This document shows, in pieces, positions 28,138 to 36,756 of a stretch of 64,000 nt of DNA. How positions within the stretch are numbered: the stretch's first letter is position 1; each line of letters begins with the position of its first letter. The stretch covers positions 186,001-250,000 of the IMG/VR virus record IMGVR_UViG_3300028558_000791; one strand, 5' to 3'. The notes under the pieces were generated by a model, which was given only the letters and a program-made list of their open reading frames with translations, was not told where the DNA came from and ran no database searches. The translations under genes and the position numbers were made by a program.

Positions 28138-28983
28138 ATGAAGTGTGTATCTTGCGAAACAGAAATCAATCCAAAATGGAAACACGCAATAGATATTAAC
28201 GTGTGCCCATTCTGTGGTAAGCATATCATGGAAGAGCACCTTAAGAATTGTGTTACTACTTTGGCTGCCGCTATGGAAGCCATGCTCAAATACCCTGAGC
28301 AGCTAGATGATTGGTTACTTTCAAACCATAATTACATCAAAACAGATTCACCAAATCTTAGAGAGTTCCTTCCTAAAGAAGCTCTTAAAGAGATGCGTAA
28401 AGTTCTTGATGATGAAGAGTTCCAAGAAAAGAAGAAGTCGGTTGTCAGGATCAAAACTCGTGATGAGGACGGTAACGTAACTGAGCAAGATGTTGTTGTT
28501 GAAAAGATGACAACTGACGATAGAACTCAGACGTTCCATGATCGTGCCAACAATATGCTAAAGCAAGAGAAAGCCGTGGACGGTGACCCTAAAAGTGTCG
28601 CCGACAAAACTAAAGATCTTAGGGCAGTTGCAGAAAAAGTCAAGAGAGAAGTCGCAGCAGCCATGTCCAACAAAGAAGGTGGTATGGCATCTATGACGAG
28701 CAAGGAAATGATGGCAGAAGCTGATCCAGAAGCAGTTGCCGAATTCCAGTCCGTAATCGGTAGCGGTGATATAGTTGCTTCGGGATTGCCGGCCCAAGCC
28801 ACAGCCGATGGGGATGATGATGAAATCCCACCAGCCGTTCTTGCTATGGCCAACATGAAGAAAGGCGGCGGCCCTGCCGGTGCCAATGAAAAAGATATGA
28901 GAGCGCTTGTCAACATGCAAGCGAAAGCTCAAGGCGCATCCAAGAGATTGGGCTCGGGTAAAGGTAGTTTCTCAAGAGGGTAA
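28138..28983 (+). CDS. Hypothetical protein with N-terminal zinc ribbon
   Basis: CVSC...CPFC. Confidence 0.75.
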   Translation: MKCVSCETEINPKWKHAIDINVCPFCGKHIMEEHLKNCVTTLAAAMEAMLKYPEQLDDWLLSNHNYIKTDSPNLREFLPKEALKEMRKVLDDEEFQEKKKSVVRIKTRDEDGNVTEQDVVVEKMTTDDRTQTFHDRANNMLKQEKAVDGDPKSVADKTKDLRAVAEKVKREVAAAMSNKEGGMASMTSKEMMAEADPEAVAEFQSVIGSGDIVASGLPAQATADGDDDEIPPAVLAMANMKKGGGPAGANEKDMRALVNMQAKAQGASKRLGSGKGSFSRG

Positions 28984-28986
28984 GTC

Positions 28987-29289
28987 ATGATCAGAGTCGT
29001 TGACAATAAGAAAGTGGAAATGACCGATGATGAGTACGAGATGTACAACAAAATCGTTAAGTCATACACTGACATAACGGGCAAGGGCGAAGACCTATTT
29101 ATTGACCTTTTTGAGTCCAATGATGATGGTATTATTATCTTCCTAAAGCCACCTTCTAAAAGAAGGACTAGTTTAGAAGTATTCTTATTTCTAATGGCAG
29201 TAATGCAGCACCAACACCTGCGATTAATGCATCAACAGATCGATGAAGCGGTAGCTGACATAAAGAAAAACAATATGGCCGCCAAGTAA
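28987..29289 (+). CDS. Hypothetical protein
   Basis: 100 aa, in operon. Confidence 0.7.
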   Translation: MIRVVDNKKVEMTDDEYEMYNKIVKSYTDITGKGEDLFIDLFESNDDGIIIFLKPPSKRRTSLEVFLFLMAVMQHQHLRLMHQQIDEAVADIKKNNMAAK

Positions 29290-29342
29290 TCATTTGTCGA
29301 GAAAAAGTTCGTTCAATTCAATATTACAGGAGAAAGACAAAC

Positions 29343-29849
29343 ATGAGCCAAACAGTAAGACTCGGCGATGTTTTAGGTTCTAATTTAGAGGAAAATTTCA
29401 AAGATTTCGACCTCACCGAGATACAGGAAGTATTAGAACAGCTACGAGACATTGATGCAATTGATTTGGCTCACGCTGAGATGTTGCAACAACAATCACT
29501 AAGGGGAGCAGACATTATAGTCGGTTACCTTTCAAAGATTGTAAAGACAGTAGGTTATCTAGAATCGCAAGTAAACAGTACGAAGAATAAAGTGTCCTTA
29601 GAATATGTAGCGCCTGATGGGGCTCGAACGACAGTGGACATGAAGAAATGGGCGGGAGAATCATCGCCTGAAGTTGAAAAAGTACAAATAAAATTAGCAG
29701 AAGCCAAGGGCGCGAAGATCGTCCTTGAACGAAAATACGAGATTTTAGTGAAGTCCCACCACCATTTTAAAGACATTGCGGCGGGCCTCCGAAAGACGAT
29801 CCTCGGTTATAGTTCAGGAACCAGCAACGCGGGCGAAGGCTACGAATGA
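29343..29849 (+). CDS. Helical hypothetical protein directly upstream of recA; possible UvsY-like mediator
   Basis: 168 aa, long amphipathic helices, SD AGGAG; function inferred from context only. Confidence 0.55.
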   Translation: MSQTVRLGDVLGSNLEENFKDFDLTEIQEVLEQLRDIDAIDLAHAEMLQQQSLRGADIIVGYLSKIVKTVGYLESQVNSTKNKVSLEYVAPDGARTTVDMKKWAGESSPEVEKVQIKLAEAKGAKIVLERKYEILVKSHHHFKDIAAGLRKTILGYSSGTSNAGEGYE

Positions 29850-29860
29850 TGGGAGATAAA

Positions 29861-31069
29861 ATGTCAGATGATAAGAAAAAGAAGTCAGATAGGCTAACCG
29901 CGTTTTTCCGAAGTTTTGCCGATGCAGACGAACAATTAGACTTTAGACTCGCCCACGAAACCATGGGAGAGAAGCTCCCCGTGACTTCCTCTGGTTCATT
30001 AGTTCTCGATGACGCTTTGTCATCTGGAGGACTTCCTAAGGGCAGATTAATTCAGTTCTATGGTGCTCCTGGTAGCGGTAAGACCTTGATGGCCATGCTA
30101 GCAATGAAAGAAGCTCAGCAAGCTGAGCCGGGCACTCAACAAATGTTCATTGACGCTGAAGGGACATTTGATGCTAAGTGGGCTGAAATTTTGGGATTGG
30201 ATGTTTCTCGTATCATTGTCGTTGATGGTGAGACTGCCGTTATTGGCCGTAGCTGTTTCGAAATGATCCTTGGCGTTCCTAAGGAAGACAAGAAGACTCA
30301 CTTGCTCGTCGGTAAGACCAAGCAAGGTTTGCTCGATATGATTATGGCAGGCGAGTTTAATATCAACATGGTTGTATTGGATTCACTTGGCGCTATTATT
30401 CCACCAGGCGAAGATGTTTCGGCTGTTGGAAAGATGAACATGGCTTTGTTAGCTAGATTCTTAACCACTACTTTCCGTAAGCTTTCTCTAGATGCAAATA
30501 GGGCTAATGTGCCATTCATTTTCATCAACCACAAGAAGGCTAATATGGATCCTTATGGTGTGGACCATTCATTCTCCGGCGGAAATACTTACGCTCACTT
30601 CTTGAGTGCCAACGTTTACTTTGAAGCAGTGGCACGTGCAGACGCACAAATCTTGGATGAAAAAGAGCAAAAGGTCGGTCATACAATGCGTGCCACCATT
30701 GAAAAGTCGAAGTTCGGCCCTTACCCACGTAAGTGCGAATTCAAAGTGAACTTCGGCATCGGTATCATTGATAAGCACGAAGAGGTCGCACAGCTAGCCT
30801 TGGACTACAACGTAGTCGTCAAGACCTCCACAGTGTCCCATGAATATGGCGACAAGAAGTGGGTTGGATTTCCAAAGTTCTGTGAAGCCGTCAAAGATGA
30901 TCCAGCCTTAGCGGCTGAGTTGACTCAGAAGATTGGTGAAGCTCGTGATTACAAGAGAGATGCCGCCAGAAGAGAACAAGAAGCAAAGAAAGAAGCTGCT
31001 TTGGCTCCAGCAGTAGCAGATGATGCTAGTGTTGAAATAGATACGAAGAAGAGTAAGAAAGGTAAGTAA
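29861..31069 (+). CDS. recA: RecA recombinase
   Basis: SGSLVLDDALSSGGLPKGR, GAPGSGKT, FIDAEG, VVLDSLGA, FINH, SGGN, KSKFGPYP; SD GGAG before ATG 29861. Confidence 0.95.
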   Translation: MSDDKKKKSDRLTAFFRSFADADEQLDFRLAHETMGEKLPVTSSGSLVLDDALSSGGLPKGRLIQFYGAPGSGKTLMAMLAMKEAQQAEPGTQQMFIDAEGTFDAKWAEILGLDVSRIIVVDGETAVIGRSCFEMILGVPKEDKKTHLLVGKTKQGLLDMIMAGEFNINMVVLDSLGAIIPPGEDVSAVGKMNMALLARFLTTTFRKLSLDANRANVPFIFINHKKANMDPYGVDHSFSGGNTYAHFLSANVYFEAVARADAQILDEKEQKVGHTMRATIEKSKFGPYPRKCEFKVNFGIGIIDKHEEVAQLALDYNVVVKTSTVSHEYGDKKWVGFPKFCEAVKDDPALAAELTQKIGEARDYKRDAARREQEAKKEAALAPAVADDASVEIDTKKSKKGK

Positions 31070-31072
31070 ACC

Positions 31073-31423
31073 ATGCCAATTGATTTAGGCCCAAACAGTC
31101 TAACGATGGCCATTGCGCCATCTCTTAAGAAACCTCCATTCATGATTGTATTGGATGGCGGTCTTCAAGGGAAGACTCGTATTTTCGAGAGATTTATTTC
31201 TTTGGATAAGCCTCTATCAGAAAATGGTTTTATCACAGTTAAAGGAATTTTCTGTGATAAGGACGAAGACGAAATAATCAAAGGTTTTGCGGACATCTTG
31301 ACGAATACCTCGAAAGAACTTATATTGGAGATGATGTTTCCGCTACACAGAGTTTACAGCATTAGAAGTTTAGTCTTCAATGCAGTAAAGACTATAAACA
31401 ATCCAAATAAGGAAAGTAAGTAA
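31073..31423 (+). CDS. Hypothetical protein
   Basis: 116 aa, in operon. Confidence 0.7.
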   Translation: MPIDLGPNSLTMAIAPSLKKPPFMIVLDGGLQGKTRIFERFISLDKPLSENGFITVKGIFCDKDEDEIIKGFADILTNTSKELILEMMFPLHRVYSIRSLVFNAVKTINNPNKESK

Positions 31424-31704
31424 TGCGAGAAGACATAGAGGTGAATGAGTTAGTATTCACCAAGATCAACACGATAGTAAGTAACCAATCTGGTAGCAAG
31501 TGGATCGGAACGATGACCAATTTGATGACTGCTTTGAACAGAGTTTCTAGCAAGCGTCAAAGAGAGATTCTACCCGGCTCTCCAGGTGCTCTCAGAGTGG
31601 TGATAAACAGAGTAGCCAACAGGCTACGTAACAGGGGTATCGGAGTAAGATTCAGCCGAACCACTGACCACGCACGAACTCGTAACGTACGATTTACACA
31701 CTGA
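31423..31704 (+). CDS. Small basic protein, probable winged-helix DNA-binding domain
   Basis: WIGTMTNLMTAL...LPGSPGALRVVINRVANRLRNRGIGVRF resembles winged-helix domains at the C-terminus of phage/plasmid primase-helicases. Confidence 0.55.
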   Translation: MREDIEVNELVFTKINTIVSNQSGSKWIGTMTNLMTALNRVSSKRQREILPGSPGALRVVINRVANRLRNRGIGVRFSRTTDHARTRNVRFTH

Positions 31705-31790
31705 TGTGATAGATAATACGATCGATGGTTTTGTTAAGTAGATAAAAGTACTAGAAACAGTACATAGAGAAATAACAGTAGGAGATCAAT

Positions 31791-32525
31791 ATGACGAATA
31801 CATTTGGTGAAGTAGACTGGAACTCAGACGTTTTCCCAGGCGACAACAAGAAACAAACAAACAGCAAAGACCTCTTTCTTCGTTTAGATGAGGGTCCAAA
31901 CGAGATCAGACTCCTGACCCAGCCACACCAGTACTTGGTTCACAAGTATAAGAAAGACGGTGACACAGGCTTTGGACAGAAGGTTCAGTGCTCCGCAATT
32001 CACGGAAGCTGCCCACTCTGTGCCACTGGCGATAAGGCCAAGCCACGTTGGTTGCTCGGCGTAATTAGCCGTAAGACTAACACTTACAAGATTCTTGATA
32101 TCTCTTTCGCTGTGTTCTCGCAGATCAGAAAGTACAACAAGAATGCGCGATTTGGTGATCCTACCAAGTACGACATCAACGTTGAAGTTGATAAGAACGG
32201 CGGAGCTACTGGATACTACAGTGTACAAGCCCTACCAAAAGAGCCACTATCGGCTGCTGACCAAGTAATTAAGGACAGCATTGATTTTGATGACCTGAAG
32301 CGCAGAGTCACTCCACCAACTCCTGACAAAGTTCAGGGTCGTTTGGACAAGATTAATGGTGTAACGACCACCGGTGCAACTACTTCCGCACCAGCTACGG
32401 CACCTGCCGCCGCTGCTGCTAAGAAGACTGTAACCAAGGCTGCCGCTCCAGCCGTCAGCATGACTGATGATGAAGACTTGGATAAGTCATTTCCGGACTA
32501 CGAAGGTGACCCAGCTCAATCCTAA
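31791..32525 (+). CDS. Single-stranded DNA-binding protein (T4 gp32-like)
   Basis: FLRLDEGPNEIRLL, zinc site CSAIHGSCPLC, PRWLLGVI, DPTKYDINV, Ala/Thr linker, acidic tail; SD AGGAG; followed by a terminator. Confidence 0.8.
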   Translation: MTNTFGEVDWNSDVFPGDNKKQTNSKDLFLRLDEGPNEIRLLTQPHQYLVHKYKKDGDTGFGQKVQCSAIHGSCPLCATGDKAKPRWLLGVISRKTNTYKILDISFAVFSQIRKYNKNARFGDPTKYDINVEVDKNGGATGYYSVQALPKEPLSAADQVIKDSIDFDDLKRRVTPPTPDKVQGRLDKINGVTTTGATTSAPATAPAAAAAKKTVTKAAAPAVSMTDDEDLDKSFPDYEGDPAQS

Positions 32526-32550
32526 ATCTATCACTCCCTAGATAGTACTG

Positions 32551-32588
32551 AAAAGCCTGCAACTTAACTGTTGTGGGCTTTTCTTTTT
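32551..32588 (+). terminator. Rho-independent terminator
   Basis: 13-bp stem aaaagcctgcaac/gttgtgggctttt (2 G-U pairs), loop ttaact, T tract. Confidence 0.85.
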
Positions 32589-32592
32589 CAAT

Positions 32593-32600
32593 TGATATAT
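32593..32600 (+). promoter_or_regulatory. TGATATAT promoter-like box, probably giving a leaderless transcript
   Basis: 7 nt before ATG 32608, no SD, directly after a terminator. Confidence 0.65.
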
Positions 32601-32607
32601 TACAAGT

Positions 32608-33168
32608 ATGGCAAAAACTATACTTGGCTTCGACGCCTCTTCGACTACTATTGGATATTGTGTATTAAGTTGGGATGAAACTACTAATGACATTTCCTTT
32701 GTCAAAGCAGGATATATCAAACCTAAGAAGACTGGAACTATTATTGAAAGAATAGTAGATACTAGAAATCAGGTTCAGAAAGTAATTGTAGATGCCCAAC
32801 CAGACTATATTGGAATTGAGGAAATTATTCAGTTCATGAAAGGTAAAAGCACGGCTAAGACTATTATCATGCTAACTACATTCAACAGAATGGTATGTTT
32901 GACCTCTTACGATTATCTGGGTAAATCTCCAACACTCTATAGTGTAATGACTATTCGTCATGGATTGAAGTTCGGCAAAGAATTACCAAAAAAAGAAGAA
33001 ATGCCGGCCCTTGTCGCCCAACATTTAGGAATTACATTTCCTTACGAGTATAATAAAAAGGGCAACATCAAGGTCGAAAGTTTTGACAAAGCTGACGGCA
33101 TCGCCGTTGCCCTTTATCATGCCCGAGTATTATCGGGTAAGGTGAAGCCCAAGGGTAAGAAGAAATGA
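32608..33168 (+). CDS. ruvC: RuvC-like Holliday junction resolvase
   Basis: TILGFDASSTTIGY, IGIEE, DKADGIAVA (D, E, D, D catalytic pattern). Confidence 0.85.
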   Translation: MAKTILGFDASSTTIGYCVLSWDETTNDISFVKAGYIKPKKTGTIIERIVDTRNQVQKVIVDAQPDYIGIEEIIQFMKGKSTAKTIIMLTTFNRMVCLTSYDYLGKSPTLYSVMTIRHGLKFGKELPKKEEMPALVAQHLGITFPYEYNKKGNIKVESFDKADGIAVALYHARVLSGKVKPKGKKK

Positions 33169-34094
33169 ATCTTAAGGAAGCCTACACAACTCTAGAATTG
33201 GCCCAGGGCTCGTCCCCGGAGGAAGCCAAGAAGAAGTACCGAGAACTTACTAAAAAGTATCACCCCGATATAAATAAGGACCCCGATGCCGAGGGTAAGT
33301 TCAAGAAAATCAATGAAGCCTACCAAATCATACAAACTGGTAAGGGGACTGATCTACAAGATAGGCATCCACAACAAGGCGGTTTTCATAGACAGCAGCA
33401 GGTAATTCAATTAGAGAACGTTGAAGTTCATCTAACCATCTCATTCAAAGAATCTGTTCTTGGATGTAAGAAAGAAATCAAATACGCTCGTCAAAGCAAA
33501 TGCCAAGACTGTAATGGAGCTGGAGACATCAAGCTCAACAACGGTTGTAAGAAGTGTGGCGGTAAAGGTCAAATTGTTAATCGACAAGGTAACATGGTTA
33601 TGGTTACAACATGTAATGAATGTTATGGGCGGGCCAATGTAGCTGAATGTTCAGCTTGTCATGGCCATGGGACCGTACAGGCAGACGTGTCTGTGCACGT
33701 GTCTGTGCCTGCGGGAATTATGAATAACAATACTCTTCGTCTACAAGGCATGGGTAATTACGCAGGTTCATTCCTGGGAGTGGCTGACCAACATACTGAC
33801 GCTTTCTGTCATGTTACTGTAACACAAGAGCCGGGCCTTAATATAGAGGGACCGCATGTCATTAGTCATCTAACGCTTCCTTTGTTAGACGCTTTGCGTG
33901 GTTGTAAGCGTAAGGTAAAGACGATTCATGGAGACAAAGAGATTCAAGTCAAACCGCAGTCTAGAAACCGTGATGAGGTAATTATACCCCATTGTGGTGT
34001 CAGCGGTACTGGAGACCAAAAAGTAGTTCTAGACGTTGAATATCCTAAGAACACTGACAAATTGATTGGCGTTCTGTTAGATGAGGTAATATAA
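33165..34094 (+). CDS. dnaJ: DnaJ chaperone (J domain, four CxxCxGxG-type repeats, C-terminal domain)
   Basis: KKYHPDIN, FKKINEAY, CQDCNGAG, CKKCGGKG, CNECYGRA, CSACHGHG, LRLQGMG. Confidence 0.95.
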   Translation: MNLKEAYTTLELAQGSSPEEAKKKYRELTKKYHPDINKDPDAEGKFKKINEAYQIIQTGKGTDLQDRHPQQGGFHRQQQVIQLENVEVHLTISFKESVLGCKKEIKYARQSKCQDCNGAGDIKLNNGCKKCGGKGQIVNRQGNMVMVTTCNECYGRANVAECSACHGHGTVQADVSVHVSVPAGIMNNNTLRLQGMGNYAGSFLGVADQHTDAFCHVTVTQEPGLNIEGPHVISHLTLPLLDALRGCKRKVKTIHGDKEIQVKPQSRNRDEVIIPHCGVSGTGDQKVVLDVEYPKNTDKLIGVLLDEVI

Positions 34095-34459
34095 TGCCAC
34101 TCGCACTAAACTGTACGAATACACACGTAGATAAATTTGGTAAGAAGAGACACTGTGGTCAAGTAGAACCATATATGGATCCCAAGACTGAGCAAGTGTT
34201 TTGTCCACTATGTGATAATGAGATGCCTAATGTAACTCACTTTACTAAAGTGACGTTAAAGAATCTTAGACAATTCCGCACAAAGCCACAGATTCCGTTT
34301 GGGGTCAAGTGTCAAAAGTGTGGAAAAGAGGCTCAGCCGGCGATAGTCAACGATGATATAGTATGTCCGTCGTGTGCTAATCCGCACAGCCACCTGAGCG
34401 AGCCGTTCAAAATGATGTTGAAGGATAAGCTCCGAACCGTTAATAAAGACGTCACTTAA
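34094..34459 (+). CDS. Multi zinc-ribbon hypothetical protein
   Basis: CPLC, CQKC, CPSC; coupled to the primase core gene. Confidence 0.7.
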   Translation: MPLALNCTNTHVDKFGKKRHCGQVEPYMDPKTEQVFCPLCDNEMPNVTHFTKVTLKNLRQFRTKPQIPFGVKCQKCGKEAQPAIVNDDIVCPSCANPHSHLSEPFKMMLKDKLRTVNKDVT

Positions 34460-35224
34460 ATGCTAGAAAAAATAGTTGAGTCGTGCCGCTTTCTGTTGGA
34501 AAACTATCCGGATGCGCGGCCCAGTAAGTCGTATCTCGACTCTCGCCTTAAAGGGGCAAGCCAGGAAGATTTCCGGTTTGGCTACTTCCCAGGGGTAGAA
34601 AACATTTCTGTACTCGCCGATTTGGTGGGTGAAGAATTTTTACAGAAGGAGAAGCTGCTCTTCGTAAAAGATATAGAGGATTCCCTTTTCCCTCGTAAAG
34701 TGCAGTCCTGTTACTTTGAGGACCACCCTCTGGTTATGCCATTCCGCGATCCCTACGGAAGAGTGGCTGGGCTGATTGGGCGCACCATCCTCTCTGATAA
34801 AGAGCAGAAAGAAAAGAATATCTCTAAATACAAGAATACTAAATTCGAAAAGGGAAGTCTTCTATTTGGTCTTTATGAGAATAAGCAACATATATTAGAC
34901 CGAAAGTTCGTTTATATCGTAGAAGGACAAATCGATGTTATAAAGGCATCTGAGATAGGTTTAAGAAATATTGTTGCTTTAGGTAATTCTTCTATCACAT
35001 CCTATCAATTTTCTGTCATTAGCAGATACTCCAGTAACCTGTTTTTGTTATTGGATAATGATGAAGCTGGCCAAAAAGGGAGGAAACAGATCATTAGTAA
35101 GTTTGGCCACTTGGCCAACATTCGTAATTTTTACATACCAGACGACTACAAAGACATCGATGAATACATCACTAAGGGGGGAGTTAGTGATCAGGAAGAA
35201 TTGTCTTTTGGCGTCAAGGATTGA
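34460..35224 (+). CDS. dnaG: DnaG-type primase catalytic core (TOPRIM) without zinc-binding domain
   Basis: YLDSR, FRFGYFP, VMPFRDPYGRVAGLIGR, KYKNT, LFGL, IVEGQIDV, LDNDEAG, KDIDEY. Confidence 0.92.
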   Translation: MLEKIVESCRFLLENYPDARPSKSYLDSRLKGASQEDFRFGYFPGVENISVLADLVGEEFLQKEKLLFVKDIEDSLFPRKVQSCYFEDHPLVMPFRDPYGRVAGLIGRTILSDKEQKEKNISKYKNTKFEKGSLLFGLYENKQHILDRKFVYIVEGQIDVIKASEIGLRNIVALGNSSITSYQFSVISRYSSNLFLLLDNDEAGQKGRKQIISKFGHLANIRNFYIPDDYKDIDEYITKGGVSDQEELSFGVKD

Positions 35225-35239
35225 AATTTATTAAGAAAT

Positions 35240-35304
35240 TTCCATCTTTCCCTTATTGATATATTGTGATTGTGTCTTTCAGTATCTAGGGGTAAAAGAT
35301 GGAA
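35240..35304 (+). promoter_or_regulatory. Hairpin burying the SD and ATG of the sigma-like gene, with TGATATAT in its loop
   Basis: ttccatcttt (35240-49) pairs perfectly with aaagatggaa (35295-304, contains the ATG); ccctta pairs with tagggg after a 2-nt bulge; box at 35257-35264. Confidence 0.8.
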
Positions 35305-35739
35305 CGCAGAAAAAACAGATCAGATAAGTATCAGTGGGTATTACTCGAAACAGTTTGTTCAAACGATATGATGGAGGCATTTTGCAATGAGGATAGTATC
35401 TCTGCAAGGCTCAATCCGTTTGACTACAACGAGGACCTAATCGAGCTAGAAGAGCAGCTCAAGAAAGAATTTTGGAGAGTCGTAGATACCCTATTGACCC
35501 CAAGACAAAGAGAAGTCATTCGACTTTATGCAGACGGCTATACTCAAATGGAGATTGCCAAGATGCTAAATGTCAACCAAAGTTCAATAACGAAAAGTTT
35601 GAACGGAAATGTAGACTATAAGAACGGAAAGAAAATCTACGGTGGCGCTCGTAAAAAGATCAGAAAGATTATCGAAAATGATGAGAAGATCAAGGATATT
35701 CTGAAAAAGATGAGTGACGCAAGAGACGAAAAATGGTGA
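35299..35739 (+). CDS. Sigma-70 region 4-like HTH protein
   Basis: LLTPRQREVIRLYADGYTQMEIAKMLNVNQSSITKSL...ARKKIRK; no recognisable region 2. Confidence 0.8.
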   Translation: MERRKNRSDKYQWVLLETVCSNDMMEAFCNEDSISARLNPFDYNEDLIELEEQLKKEFWRVVDTLLTPRQREVIRLYADGYTQMEIAKMLNVNQSSITKSLNGNVDYKNGKKIYGGARKKIRKIIENDEKIKDILKKMSDARDEKW

Positions 35740-35769
35740 AAATTCGACATCAGTGATATATGCTGATGT

Positions 35770-36450
35770 ATGAGAGTTTATTATCTTTACAAGATCACTA
35801 ATACGTTTAACGGTAAGATTTACATAGGACAAAGTGTGAACCCACGTTCACGTTGGTACGGACATAAAAAAGAAGCGGAACGTGAAGTTCCACGAATGGT
35901 AATAGCCAGAGCTATCAAAAAATATGGTAGCTCTGGTTTTCTATTTGAGTTAATAGCTTGCTGCTCTAATCAAGAAGATACCAATGAAATAGAGACGGAA
36001 CTCGTACGACAATATGATAGTAGAAATTCTGAAAAAGGATATAATATTGCACTCGGTGGTATGAACGCCCCCAAAACCGAAGAGTGGAAACGTAAGGTTT
36101 CAGAAAAACTAATGGGTCATGAAGTGACACAGCAAACTCGTGACAAAGTTTCTAAAGGTAATACCGGCAAAGTGCGCTCTGAAGAGTTCAAAAAAGACGT
36201 AGGAGATTTTTGGCGAGGTAAAGAGCGTTCGGAAGAGCATCGAGATAATTTATCAGAGGCTCTTAAGGGCAATCAGAATTGGTTGGGCAAGAAACATTCA
36301 GACGAATCTAAGCAAAAAATGTCACAAGCAAATAAGGGCCGAAGACCTGCCGAGATAACAATTCAAAAGTCTCTTGAGAAAACCAAAGGTAAGACCTGGA
36401 AAGTTATAGATGGCAAGAGAGTATGGGTGGATAATGGACAAAGAGACTGA
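35770..36450 (+). CDS. GIY-YIG homing endonuclease with NUMOD3 repeats (free-standing)
   Basis: YLYKITNTFNGKIYIGQS, RWYGH, YNIALGG; repeated H/R-S-EE..+K+S motifs (HSDESKQKMS). Confidence 0.92.
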   Translation: MRVYYLYKITNTFNGKIYIGQSVNPRSRWYGHKKEAEREVPRMVIARAIKKYGSSGFLFELIACCSNQEDTNEIETELVRQYDSRNSEKGYNIALGGMNAPKTEEWKRKVSEKLMGHEVTQQTRDKVSKGNTGKVRSEEFKKDVGDFWRGKERSEEHRDNLSEALKGNQNWLGKKHSDESKQKMSQANKGRRPAEITIQKSLEKTKGKTWKVIDGKRVWVDNGQRD

Positions 36451-36640
36451 TGAACAGTATGCGGAAAGAATTGGTTCGCTTCGTAAAATCTATAAAGTAA
36501 TGGATTTTCTTGAAATCCCATACGACTTTGAGTATGATGGTGATGAGGGTATGAATGTAAGAGATTTATACGATATCCTTATGGATGATGAAAAACTACG
36601 AGTTTTAGTCTCTAAACTTAGGAATAAAGCCTTTTGGTAA
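36434..36640 (+). CDS. Small hypothetical protein
   Basis: 68 aa from ATG 36434, overlapping the upstream stop. Confidence 0.6.
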   Translation: MDKETDEQYAERIGSLRKIYKVMDFLEIPYDFEYDGDEGMNVRDLYDILMDDEKLRVLVSKLRNKAFW

Positions 36641-36756
36641 CAAAAGCGTGGTAATAATCTGAAATCTACCTAGTAGGTTTACCACCAATAAAGTGCAGAA
36701 TTAGTATCAATATTACTCTATTTAATGTAGGTATGTTCTGTTTAACGGGAGACACG

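Noticed and set aside
1-36640. Reading the window as a bacterial chromosome because of topA, dnaE, recA, tig, def, dnaJ and rpsU
   Set aside because: These genes are divergent, lack their usual operon neighbours, are interleaved with phage-type genes (dNMP kinase, gp32-like SSB, GIY-YIG) and run into terminase, portal and protease.
36648-36685. Hairpin gtggt...aaatctac-cta-gtaggttt-accac as a terminator
   Set aside because: No T tract follows and it is far from the next SD; function unclear, so it is noted only for its AATAATC bulge.
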